Assembly (NCBI GenBank): GCA_017883265.1
Contig: JADGNX010000001.1
Location: 812 to 64,811, forward strand
Origin: Thermoanaerobaculia bacterium
Lineage (GTDB): Bacteria; Acidobacteriota; Thermoanaerobaculia; Gp7-AA8
Direction: 5' to 3'
DNA: 64,000 nucleotides
How positions within the stretch are numbered: the first letter of the stretch is position 1; each line of letters starts with the position of its first letter. The notes below the pieces were generated by a model. It searched no databases. It worked only from the letters and a program-made list of their open reading frames with translations, and had not been told where the DNA came from. Shown here piece by piece: positions 29,875-41,909 of the stretch. A program made the translations under genes and the position numbers.

Positions 29875-31866
29875 ATGACGGATAGATACGATGTCGTCGT
29901 GATCGGCGGCGGTCACGCCGGCGCGGAAGCCGCCCGCATCGCCGCCCGTGGCGGGTCCAGCGTTGCTCTGGTGACCATGGCCCGACAGGCCATCGGCCGC
30001 ATGTCGTGCAACCCGGCGATCGGCGGCCTGGCCAAGGGCAATCTGGTCAAAGAGATCGATGCGCTCGGCGGGCTGATGGGCGAAGCCGCGGATCGCTCCG
30101 GCATCCAATTCAAGATTCTCAATCGCTCCAAGGGACCTGCGGTTCAGGGACCTCGAGCGCAGTGTGATCGTGATCTCTATGCCGAAGCGGTTCAGAATCT
30201 TCTGGCATGCGAGGCCAACCTCGCCGTGGTCGAGGGAACGGTCCGTTCGCTCCTGATCGAGGGGTCTCGCGTCCGCGGTGTTCTACTCATTGACGGGCGG
30301 CTCCTGACCAGCTCCGCGTGCGTCGTGACGACCGGTACCTTTCTGCGAGCCCTCATGCATTCGGGCGAAGAACAGAGCCCAGGTGGCCGCTTCGGCGAGC
30401 CTTCGGCCCAGACCCTGTCCGATTCGCTCCGGATGCTCGGCCTCAACCTCGGCCGGCTCAAGACCGGAACCCCGCCTCGCGTCGATCGGAGCTCGGTCGA
30501 TTTCGGCCGGCTCGTTCCGCAGCCCGGCGATGCCTCCCCACGGCCGTTTTCGATTCTCACCGACCGCCTCGAGCTTCCGCAGGTCCTTTGCCACCTCACG
30601 CATACGAGCGAGGCCACGCACCAGCTCATCCGGGCCAACCTTCACAGGGCTCCGATGTACAGCGGACAGATCGCCGCCACCGGTCCGCGTTACTGCCCGT
30701 CGATCGAGGATAAGGTCGTCCGCTTTTCAGACAAGCCGAGGCATCAGGTGTTTGTCGAGCCGGAAGGGCTGAATCACCCGTGGTTGTACATGAATGGGAT
30801 CTCGACATCGCTACCGTCCGATGTCCAGGACGGTGTCGTTCGGTCGTTGCCCGGCTTCGAAGAGGCCGTGATAGCCCGCTACGGATATGCCGTCGAGTAC
30901 GATTTCGTGAATCCGCAACAGCTGGAGCCGACTCTGAAGGTCCGGGGGATCGAAGGCTTGTATCTGGCTGGCCAGATCAACGGTACCTCAGGATATGAAG
31001 AGGCGGCGGCCCAGGGCCTCATCGCCGGGATCAACGCCCTCCTGGCGGTAAGAGGCCGGCAACCGTTCATCCTTCGCCGGGATCAGGCCTATGCCGGCGT
31101 GATGATCGACGACCTCGTGACTCAGGGCACCGAGGAGCCGTATCGCATGTTTACCTCGCGGGCCGAGCACCGGTTACTTCTGGGATGCGATTCGGTCTAC
31201 GAACGTTTGACGCCCCTGATCGAAGAGCTGGGTATCTCGGACATCGAGCGGCTGCGGCGGGCTGCCGGGCGCCGCAGCCGTATGCGAGCAGCTTGCGCTG
31301 CTGCTGAGCAGGCGGTATTGACACCGGAACGGGGCACGACAGAATGGCTCGGTCCTCTGGGAATCGTACTGCGGGAAAAGACGACCGTGGCGCGGCTGGC
31401 GCAACGGATCCCGTTCGAGCTGAAGGATTTCGTGACGCACTGCCGGGAAGCTTCGCGCTGGCCGGAGTTGACCTGGGCGGTCGACGGGCTCTCGGACGAA
31501 GAGCGGGAGGGGGTCGTCAACGAGTTGCGCTACGCGGGTTACCTGGAGCGGCAGCAGCGCGAGGCCGATTCGCTTCAACGGGTCGAGGCAGTCGCGATCC
31601 CCGGCGACATGGCGTACGAGTTGCCAGGCTTGTCCCGTGAATTAGTCGAAAAGCTCAATGCCACGCGGCCTGTCTCCCTCGGACAGGCCAGTCGAATACG
31701 AGGGATGACGCCCGCGGCGTTGTCCCTTCTTCGCATGCATCTGCACCAGAGAGGACGCAGGGCCGATGGAGCAGCAGGAGCGGTTGGAAAGGTTTCGAGA
31801 TCTTCTGCGCGCGTGGGGCCGGAAGGTCAATCTGATCGGTCCGGAAGCGTTCGCTCATCTGGATGA
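29875..31866 (+). CDS. mnmG: tRNA uridine 5-carboxymethylaminomethyl modification enzyme MnmG (GidA)
   Basis: 663 aa with FAD motif VVIGGGHAGAEAA, the conserved SCNPAIGG block and C-terminal LGQASRIRGMTPAALSLL. It ends with a ~38-aa low-complexity tail that overlaps rsmG. Confidence 0.9.
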   Translation: MTDRYDVVVIGGGHAGAEAARIAARGGSSVALVTMARQAIGRMSCNPAIGGLAKGNLVKEIDALGGLMGEAADRSGIQFKILNRSKGPAVQGPRAQCDRDLYAEAVQNLLACEANLAVVEGTVRSLLIEGSRVRGVLLIDGRLLTSSACVVTTGTFLRALMHSGEEQSPGGRFGEPSAQTLSDSLRMLGLNLGRLKTGTPPRVDRSSVDFGRLVPQPGDASPRPFSILTDRLELPQVLCHLTHTSEATHQLIRANLHRAPMYSGQIAATGPRYCPSIEDKVVRFSDKPRHQVFVEPEGLNHPWLYMNGISTSLPSDVQDGVVRSLPGFEEAVIARYGYAVEYDFVNPQQLEPTLKVRGIEGLYLAGQINGTSGYEEAAAQGLIAGINALLAVRGRQPFILRRDQAYAGVMIDDLVTQGTEEPYRMFTSRAEHRLLLGCDSVYERLTPLIEELGISDIERLRRAAGRRSRMRAACAAAEQAVLTPERGTTEWLGPLGIVLREKTTVARLAQRIPFELKDFVTHCREASRWPELTWAVDGLSDEEREGVVNELRYAGYLERQQREADSLQRVEAVAIPGDMAYELPGLSRELVEKLNATRPVSLGQASRIRGMTPAALSLLRMHLHQRGRRADGAAGAVGKVSRSSARVGPEGQSDRSGSVRSSG

Positions 31867-32341
31867 GCACATCCTCGAGGCGGTAGCGGCTGCCCGGCAG
31901 GTGCAGCCGGCCGGCGAGTGTCTCGATTTCGGAAGTGGCGGCGGCTTGCCGGCGATTCCGATGGCCATCGTGGCGGGGGATGCTGCCCGGTTTCATCTCG
32001 TGGAATCGGACGTCAAGAAGTGGTCCTTCCTCAAGCGGGCGGTCCGCGAATGCGAATTGAACTGCGTAGTTCACGGTGATAGATTGGCCGCTGTTCTCAA
32101 ACGGCTGCCGCCTCAGCAGCGGTTTACGCTCGTGACGTCGCGAGCGGTCGGCTATCCTGAAACGTGGGTTCCGCTACTTTCAGACCGCCTTGCCACCGGG
32201 GGACGCATCGCGCTTTTTCAAGGTTCTCCGGAGTTGCCGCCGAACCTCTCGGCTTTCGACGTCGAAGTATTCGCCCTGCCGCGAGGATCGGCAAACTATC
32301 TCGTAACCTTTGACGTTCCACGTGGAACAGCGGACTCATGA
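31766..32341 (+). CDS. rsmG: 16S rRNA (guanine527-N7)-methyltransferase RsmG (GidB)
   Basis: 191 aa with LLRAWGRKVNLIGPEAFAHLDEHILEA and the SAM-binding block LDFGSGGGLPAIPMAIV. Confidence 0.8.
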   Translation: MEQQERLERFRDLLRAWGRKVNLIGPEAFAHLDEHILEAVAAARQVQPAGECLDFGSGGGLPAIPMAIVAGDAARFHLVESDVKKWSFLKRAVRECELNCVVHGDRLAAVLKRLPPQQRFTLVTSRAVGYPETWVPLLSDRLATGGRIALFQGSPELPPNLSAFDVEVFALPRGSANYLVTFDVPRGTADS

Positions 32342-33108
32342 CCAGGATCGTATCGATAGCCAACCAGAAGGGGGGCGTTGGAAAAACGACGACCGCGATC
32401 AATCTCGCGGCCTCGATCGCCGCTTGTGAACGCCGCGTTCTGCTGGTAGACCTCGATCCTCAGGCCAATGCGACGTCAGGGCTTGGGTTTTCCAAGTTCG
32501 AAGAACCATCGATCTATCCTGTTCTAGTGCAAGGACTTAGCGCTCAGGAAACGGTCCGCAAGACAGAGATTCCGACACTCGATATCATCCCGTCATCCGT
32601 CGATCTCGTGGCTGCCGAACTCGAGCTTACCGACGCAGGCGGCCGCGAGTTTCATCTTCAGAAGGCTCTCGAGTCCGTTGCGGCAGCCTACGATTACGTG
32701 CTCATCGACTCCCCTCCTTCCCTCGGTCTCCTGACGATCAACGGGCTGACAGCTGCCGACAGCGTCCTCGTCCCGATGCAGTGCGAGTACTTCGCCCTCG
32801 AGGGTATCTCCCAGCTGATGAATACCGTCGAGAGAGTGCGGGATGGGCTGAATCCCTCTCTCGAAATCGAGGGGATCGCCCTGACCATGTACGACGACCG
32901 CATCAATCTCTCACGCCAGGTGGCCGATGAGGTCCGCACGCACTTCGGCGACAAGGTCTACCGCTCCGTCATTCCTCGAAATGTGCGGCTTGGGGAAGCA
33001 CCATCATTCGGCAAGCCGATCATTCTTTACGATATCCGTTCGCGCGGCAGCGAGGCGTATCTGGCGCTGGCCCGCGAGTTCATCCAGCGCGCCGAAACCA
33101 TCATTTAG
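32338..33108 (+). CDS. parA: Chromosome partitioning ATPase ParA (Soj)
   Basis: 256 aa with the deviant Walker A IANQKGGVGKTTTAINLA. Confidence 0.9.
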   Translation: MTRIVSIANQKGGVGKTTTAINLAASIAACERRVLLVDLDPQANATSGLGFSKFEEPSIYPVLVQGLSAQETVRKTEIPTLDIIPSSVDLVAAELELTDAGGREFHLQKALESVAAAYDYVLIDSPPSLGLLTINGLTAADSVLVPMQCEYFALEGISQLMNTVERVRDGLNPSLEIEGIALTMYDDRINLSRQVADEVRTHFGDKVYRSVIPRNVRLGEAPSFGKPIILYDIRSRGSEAYLALAREFIQRAETII

Positions 33109-33120
33109 GAATGCAATCGT

Positions 33121-33991
33121 GAGCACTCAGAAAAAAGTTCTCGGGAGGGGCCTCGGCGCCCTGATCCCACAAAGGCAGACTCCTCACCAGGCGGCGCCGG
33201 ATTCGGCGACAGGTCTTCTGGAGATTCCGGTAGCGCTCATTTCGCCGAATCCGCTTCAGCCGCGAAAAACATTCAACGAAGCGTCGATCGAGGAGCTGGC
33301 CCGCAGCGTGCGCGAGCATGGAATCGTTCAGCCGCTCGTCGTAACCCGGTCCGGTGACCGCTACAAGCTGATCGCGGGAGAGCGGCGTTTCCGTGCTGCA
33401 CAGAAGGCCGGGCTGACCACCGTACCCGTCGTTGTCAAGGAGGCCATCGGCGAGAGCGATGCGCTCCAGGTGGCGCTCATCGAGAACATTCAGCGCGAAG
33501 ATCTGAACCCGATCGAAGAGGCGATGGCCTACCATCAGCTTCATCGCGATTTCGGACTGACGCAGGAGGAGATCGCCAGGCGCGTCGGCAAAGAGCGGTC
33601 GACGGTGGCAAATTTCTTACGGCTCATGAAGCTCCCGGACAGCGTGAAGCGCCTGCTGGCGGCCGGCCAGCTGTCGATGGGCCACGCCCGCGCGCTGCTT
33701 GCCGTAGAGACGACGAAGAAACAGGAACTGCTGGCTGAACGTGTCGTGCGCAAGAGTCTCAACGTCCGCCAGACAGAGTTGCTGGCCTCGCCGGCAGCCG
33801 GCGGCAGGGAGCGGCAGCCGGAGCGCGAGAAGGATGTGTTTACCCGCGACGCGGAAGAGAAACTGACTCGCAGTCTGCATTCGCGCGTGGAGATCGATCG
33901 GAAGCGCCGAGGCGGTTCGATCGTGATCCGATTTTCAAATGAGGAGGACCTCATGAGGCTGTTCGAGGAGTTGACGGGGAGGAGACGATGA
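33121..33991 (+). CDS. parB: Chromosome partitioning protein ParB (Spo0J)
   Basis: GTG 33121 gives VSTQKKVLGRGLGALIP..., the canonical ParB N-terminus, with ParB box GERRFRAA and HTH. The track ORF carries a non-homologous N-extension back to 32927. Confidence 0.85.
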
Positions 33992-34362
33992 AATCAAAGG
34001 GTGGAGAACTGAATGGCTTTCTCGATCGCGGCGCGTCGTTCCGGGGCGAGCTGGAGTTCGAGGACACTATGCGTATCGATGGCCGGTTCAACGGAAAAAT
34101 CTTTTCCAAGAACGAGCTGATCGTCGGTGAGACGGCCACCGTCGAAGGAGAGATCCACGTCGGACGAGTGGCCATCAGCGGCACGGTGATCGGCAAGATC
34201 ACAGCCGATCAGAAGATCGAGATCCACCGCAGCGGAAAGGTCTACAGCGATGTCGACACGCCCGCGCTGGTGATCGAGGAAGGGGCGATTTTCCAGGGCA
34301 ATTGCGTCATGGGCGACCGCGACCGCTCACGCGATAACGTCACAAACATCGCGGCCAAGTAG
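33988..34362 (+). CDS. Bactofilin-family cytoskeletal protein
   Basis: 124 aa made of repeated beta-helical turns (GKIFSKNELIVGETATVEGEIHVGRVAISGTVIGKITAD...). Its start overlaps the parB stop by 4 nt. Confidence 0.7.
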   Translation: MKSKGGELNGFLDRGASFRGELEFEDTMRIDGRFNGKIFSKNELIVGETATVEGEIHVGRVAISGTVIGKITADQKIEIHRSGKVYSDVDTPALVIEEGAIFQGNCVMGDRDRSRDNVTNIAAK

Positions 34363-34393
34363 ACGCCATTCTCGAGAGATTTCGGTTCTGGCG

Positions 34394-34957
34394 CTACAGC
34401 CAGCCCCGAATCCGCGCTGCGATCATGATCGCCTCCGGAATGGTGTACTCATCCTCCGGTCCGACGACGTCTTCCCACTGCAGATCCCACGCGGCCGAGC
34501 TTTTTTCGGCATCTGATGCGTCGCGAAAATTGAGATCGCAGATGTCGCCGATGTAGCGGCGGCCGTCCCGGAGGGGGAGTCCGAACGTGCGGCAGATGAG
34601 CGGGCGCGATTCGTAAATCAGGCACTCCCCGAAATCCGAGAGATTCGGACAGGCGACGGCGTCGGTTCGCTTGAAGAAGCGCTCCTTTTCCCCTGTGCCG
34701 CAGTCCCGCAGATCGGGGTGGGCGTATTCCTCCATGATCTTCGCAGCCCGGCCGATGACCGCCCTCCGAGTACGTCCGTCGAGCGTTTCCAGTCCCTCTG
34801 CGATCATGGCGATATCCGCCTCGGCGACTCCAAAAAGGCCGTGACAACAGAAGGAGCAGCCTTTGCCGCATTGCAGGTTTGCGGGCTGCTCGGCAAGGAC
34901 CTGCGCGAAATGGGAATCGGCGTGTTTGAGAATCGCTTTGTAGCTGTCGTCCTTCAT
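34394..34957 (-). CDS. YkgJ-family (UPF0153) Fe-S/zinc-chelating CxxCxxCC protein
   Basis: The start is placed at MKDDSYKAI (34957). The CGKGCSFCCHG motif plus downstream Cys residues match the YkgJ family. Confidence 0.55.
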   Translation of the reverse strand: MKDDSYKAILKHADSHFAQVLAEQPANLQCGKGCSFCCHGLFGVAEADIAMIAEGLETLDGRTRRAVIGRAAKIMEEYAHPDLRDCGTGEKERFFKRTDAVACPNLSDFGECLIYESRPLICRTFGLPLRDGRRYIGDICDLNFRDASDAEKSSAAWDLQWEDVVGPEDEYTIPEAIMIAARIRGWL

Positions 34958-35182
34958 CGGAGTGGCCGGAAGAGAGGGCGCCCACGAAAGCAAGGGAAAC
35001 GGCAGCGGGTGCCGAATCGCTAACCTCCTCAGTCAACAGCATCGACGCGACTCCACTTCCCAACGTCGCGGTTGCGATCCCTCTCTGGCGTATGCTATAC
35101 AACGGCGGCCTTCGGGCACCGGGTTCGTGCGCGCTTTCGGCCGGCGCCCGGCCGGTCCGACCTCCACGACAAACCAAACTTT

Positions 35183-35611
35183 ATGAAGCTGACGCCCGAC
35201 TACTCTCTATTCGTCATCCTGGCGATCTTTTTTCTCACCTACCTGGTCGTCAGGCGCTTTTTCCTGATGCCGGTCAACAGGATTCTAGTCGAGAGAGATA
35301 GCGAGCACCGTGCAGCCGAGCAGCTCTACGAGTCTGCCCTGGCCCGCTTCCGGGACGCGACGGCGGCCATGGAGAGCAAGCTGCAGGAGGCCCGGCGCGA
35401 GGGGTCACGATTGCGTGACCGGTTCCGATCTGACGCCGCGGCGCATCGCGCTGAAGTGCTTCAGCGGACGAACTCGCAGGCCGATGTCATCGTGGCGGAA
35501 GCCGATACGAGTCTGAAGAGGGACGTCGAAGAGGCCCGGCGCAAGATCGTTGCTGAATCGGAGTCGCTGGCTCATCTGGCCGCCGAGCGGATTCTCGGGA
35601 GGGCGGTGTGA
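35183..35611 (+). CDS. ATP synthase Fo subunit b' (second b-type stalk subunit)
   Basis: ATG 35183 gives MKLTPDYSLFVILAIFFLTYLVVRRFF (single TM), then a long charged coiled coil. It overlaps the next b-subunit gene. Confidence 0.6.
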   Translation: MKLTPDYSLFVILAIFFLTYLVVRRFFLMPVNRILVERDSEHRAAEQLYESALARFRDATAAMESKLQEARREGSRLRDRFRSDAAAHRAEVLQRTNSQADVIVAEADTSLKRDVEEARRKIVAESESLAHLAAERILGRAV

Positions 35612-36264
35612 TCAAGCGCCTTTCCGCTGGAATCTTCCTTCTCCTCCTGATCGCAGCGACGATGGCCCGAGCCGAGACCGCGCGGACCGGCGAGATCGCC
35701 CATGGCGCCGAGAAGGACGTACACGCCATCGCCCATCCTCACGAGGGCAATGGTGTAGGCACAGAGGAGCCCGAGACGACCTGGGGCATCCCGACGTGGA
35801 TCTTCAAGCTGGCCAACATGATCGTATTCATCGGCGTGCTGGTCTACTTCCTCAAGGGGCCGGTGACGGGGGCCTTCCGCGCTCGACACGAAAGCGTCCG
35901 AGCCGCCACCGAAGAGGCGAGAGCACGACGGAAGAAGTCGGACGATCTCGCAGCAGACATTCAGGCGAGGCTCGGGCAGATCGAGCAGGAAGTCGCAGCG
36001 ATCGTCGAGCGCGCCCGGCAGGAAGGGGAGCGTCAGAGAGTCGAGCTGGTGGCGGCGGCTGAAGCGGAGAGCAGGAAGATCCTGCTGGCCGCGAAGAACG
36101 AAGTCGAGAACCGTCTCAAGGCCGCGCGTACCGAGTTGACGCAGTACGCCGGCGAGCTGGCAGCCGATCGTGCCGAACAAATCCTCAGGAGCTCGATCAC
36201 CGAGGGTGACCAGAAGAAACTCTTCCAGGACAGCCTCTCCGAGATCGGCGAGGTGGGCTCTTGA
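35608..36264 (+). CDS. atpF: ATP synthase Fo subunit b
   Basis: 218 aa with one TM (IPTWIFKLANMIVFIGVLVYFL) followed by an Ala/Glu/Arg-rich helix. Confidence 0.65.
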   Translation: MIKRLSAGIFLLLLIAATMARAETARTGEIAHGAEKDVHAIAHPHEGNGVGTEEPETTWGIPTWIFKLANMIVFIGVLVYFLKGPVTGAFRARHESVRAATEEARARRKKSDDLAADIQARLGQIEQEVAAIVERARQEGERQRVELVAAAEAESRKILLAAKNEVENRLKAARTELTQYAGELAADRAEQILRSSITEGDQKKLFQDSLSEIGEVGS

Positions 36265-36794
36265 TCCGCCGCTTCGCCCGTCCTTACGCAACGGCCATCA
36301 TGCAGGTGGCCGGCACCCCGGAAGCGGCCCGGAAGGTCTACGACGAACTGGTGCGCTTTGACCGGACCCGCCGGAGGTCGAATGAGCTCCAGGAAGTATT
36401 CGCCAACCCGGGAATCGAGACCTCCGCGAAGCTGGCTATCGCCAGTGCGATCGGCGGGAAGCTGGGGCTTTCGCCTCTCACGACCAAAGTCCTCGAGATC
36501 CTCATCAACAACCATCGGATCAACGATCTCGGGGCCATAGCCGAGGGACTTTCGATCATGATTCACAGCGCGCTCGATATCGTCGTGGCCGAGGTGAGCA
36601 CGGCTCACGAGTTGAATGCCGGCGAGGTACACGATCTGACAGCGGCGCTGGAGAAGAAGACCGGGAAGACGGTCGAAGTGCAGCTGAGGACCGATCCGAC
36701 CCTGCTGGGCGGGATGGTTGCTCGGATCGGCAGCGAGATCTTCAACGCTTCGGTATCCGGGCGGATCGAGAAGCTGCGCCACAATTTGACGTAG
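36261..36794 (+). CDS. atpH: ATP synthase F1 subunit delta (OSCP)
   Basis: 177 aa with RYARPYATAIMQVAG, a typical delta N-terminus. Its start overlaps the atpF stop. Confidence 0.75.
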   Translation: MIRRFARPYATAIMQVAGTPEAARKVYDELVRFDRTRRRSNELQEVFANPGIETSAKLAIASAIGGKLGLSPLTTKVLEILINNHRINDLGAIAEGLSIMIHSALDIVVAEVSTAHELNAGEVHDLTAALEKKTGKTVEVQLRTDPTLLGGMVARIGSEIFNASVSGRIEKLRHNLT

Positions 36795-36851
36795 CGAATT
36801 GTCGCTGGGCTTTATCAGGCGACGATTCCGTCTCACATTAGGAGAGCTTTT

Positions 36852-38393
<1,542 letters not shown>

Positions 38394-38399
38394 TCCGAC

Positions 38400-39257
38400 G
38401 TGCCGAATACACTCGACATCCGGCGACGGATCCGAAGCGTCAAGAACACGCAGCAGATCACCAAAGCCATGAAGATGGTGGCGGCGGCGAAGTTGCGGCG
38501 GGCCCAGGCCCGCATGCTGGCCGCGCGTCCCTATTCGGCAGGGCTGGAGACCGTTCTGCGTTCTGTGGCCTCGCGAGTTGACGCCGAGAGGCACCCGCTT
38601 CTGGCCGAGCGCGATGAGAACAAGGTGCTTCTGGTCGTCATTACCAGCGACAAGGGTCTGGCCGGAGCGTTCAACGCCAATGTCTTGAAGACGACGCAGC
38701 GTCTGGTGGCCGAACGGAGCTGGAGTGAGGTCGAGGTGCTACCGATCGGACGAAAAGCATCGGACTTCTTCAAGCGCCGCGAGCTGGCCATCCGGCAATC
38801 GCAGGTCAACGTCCTGCAGGCTCTTTCGATCGAGACAGCCCGGGAACTGGCCGCATCGATCTCCGAAGACTTTGTCAGCGGAGAGCTCGACGCCGTCTAC
38901 CTTGTCTACAGCGAGTTCGTATCGGTCATCTCGCAGGCGGTCAAGGCCGAGCGCCTCCTCCCGATCCAGCGAGACGTGCAGGATCCCTCGACACCTGAGA
39001 TCGACTATCTCTACGAGCCGGGGCCGGAGCAGATTCTGGCGCAGCTCCTGCCGAAGTACATCGAGTTTCAGTTGTATCGGGCACTGCTTGAGTCGGCGGC
39101 CGCGGAGCAGGGAGCGCGCATGACTGCGATGGAGGCGGCTTCGAAGAACGCCTCGGAGATGATCGAGAGTCTGACCCTCACTTACAACCGGATCCGCCAG
39201 GCAGCCATCACCAAGGAAATCATCGAAATCGTCTCAGGTGCTGCGGCCCTGGACTAG
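38400..39257 (+). CDS. atpG: ATP synthase F1 subunit gamma
   Basis: 285 aa with N-terminal IRRRIRSVKNTQQITKAMKMVAAAKLRRAQ and a C-terminal conserved helix. Confidence 0.9.
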   Translation: MPNTLDIRRRIRSVKNTQQITKAMKMVAAAKLRRAQARMLAARPYSAGLETVLRSVASRVDAERHPLLAERDENKVLLVVITSDKGLAGAFNANVLKTTQRLVAERSWSEVEVLPIGRKASDFFKRRELAIRQSQVNVLQALSIETARELAASISEDFVSGELDAVYLVYSEFVSVISQAVKAERLLPIQRDVQDPSTPEIDYLYEPGPEQILAQLLPKYIEFQLYRALLESAAAEQGARMTAMEAASKNASEMIESLTLTYNRIRQAAITKEIIEIVSGAAALD

Positions 39258-40730
<1,473 letters not shown>

Positions 40731-40737
40731 GGCAACG

Positions 40738-41169
40738 ATGGCAGACAACATCCCATCGTTGCCGACAAAACTGAATCTCACGGTGGTGAGCCGCGATCGG
40801 AAGGTCCTCGAGGCGGAAGCCGATGAGGTTGTCCTTCCGGCAACTGACGGAGAGATCGGCATCCTGCCGGGACACACGCCTCTCTTGACGACGCTGAAAA
40901 TCGGTGAGATGCGTTATCGGAGCGGGACCAACGTCTCTCGGCTGGTGCTGCTCTGGGGACTGGCGGAAGTTCTTCCGGACCGCGTGACGGTGCTGGCCGA
41001 CACCGCGGTCCTGGCCAGCGAGATCGACCCGGCTGTAGCCGAGCAGGAGCGGGTGGCCGCGGAGAAGGAGCTGGCCTCGCTGGCCTCACACGATTCCGAA
41101 TTCGCGATGGTGGAAGCGCGTCTCGAGGAATCGATCGCCCGGATCAACGTCAGTCGATTCGACGCTTAG
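40738..41169 (+). CDS. atpC: ATP synthase F1 subunit epsilon
   Basis: ATG 40738 gives MADNIPSLPTKLNLTVVSRDRKVLEAEADEVVLPATDGEIGILPGHTPLLT, the canonical epsilon N-terminus. Confidence 0.85.
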   Translation: MADNIPSLPTKLNLTVVSRDRKVLEAEADEVVLPATDGEIGILPGHTPLLTTLKIGEMRYRSGTNVSRLVLLWGLAEVLPDRVTVLADTAVLASEIDPAVAEQERVAAEKELASLASHDSEFAMVEARLEESIARINVSRFDA

Positions 41170-41243
41170 GCCCGGCGGCCGATTCTGTCGCCGTCACGCA
41201 CCCGCCGCAAGTGCTGTCGTACCATGCCGAATCTGGGGGCTCG

Positions 41244-41909
41244 ATGCAACGCTGGCTGGAGGACTATGCTGCGGTGGCGTTTTCCCGCGCCGGCGACACG
41301 GCGCACGACCTGAAGACGCCGCTGAACATCGCCGTGCTCAATCTCGAGCTGCTTCGGATGCGGCTTCGGAAGCTTTCCGACGGCCCACCGGACGAGCGGC
41401 TGGAGCAGTACGCGCGGTCCATTGAGATCGAGCTGCGGCGCATGGCGGACATTTTCGACGCCTACTTCATCTTTTCCACTCCGCCAAAGGGGGAGGGGGA
41501 CCCGCAACTCATCGACCTGGTGGCCCTTTGTGACGATGCGGCGACCACAACAGTGACCGCTCTCGATGCCGTTGCAGGCCCAGCCACGACGGTCGCACAC
41601 GAGGGGAGAATTCGCCAGGCCTTCAGGCTGTTTTTCGCAGGAGTACAAAAGGTCCTAAAGTCAGGTTTCCTCTCGTCGACGGCTGTGCGCGATGGTCAAT
41701 TCGTGGTTCGGGCCCGGGGCACTCCAGCGACCGAGGACTTTGAAATCTCCAAGATCTTCAAGTTCTATTACACTGACGCGCTCGGAAATCCGGAACTGTC
41801 GCTGGCTACCGCGCGTCTCATCGCCGAGACGTACGGCGGTCGGCTGTCAGCCAGGCTGGATGAGCAGCAAGCGGTCCTCGAGCTCTCGTTGCCGCTGGGA
41901 GAAGAATGA
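41244..41909 (+). CDS. Minimal cytoplasmic histidine kinase-like protein (DHp H-box plus a short, divergent catalytic region; no sensor/TM)
   Basis: H-box AHDLKTPLN. The C-terminus has a G-box-like TYGGRL but lacks clear N/G1 boxes. The stop overlaps the response-regulator start. Confidence 0.5.
   Translation: MQRWLEDYAAVAFSRAGDTAHDLKTPLNIAVLNLELLRMRLRKLSDGPPDERLEQYARSIEIELRRMADIFDAYFIFSTPPKGEGDPQLIDLVALCDDAATTTVTALDAVAGPATTVAHEGRIRQAFRLFFAGVQKVLKSGFLSSTAVRDGQFVVRARGTPATEDFEISKIFKFYYTDALGNPELSLATARLIAETYGGRLSARLDEQQAVLELSLPLGEE

Noticed and set aside
29875-31866. mnmG frameshift or pseudogene
   Set aside because: The conserved MnmG blocks are intact throughout. Only the tail is unusual. It was handled as an overlap observation instead.
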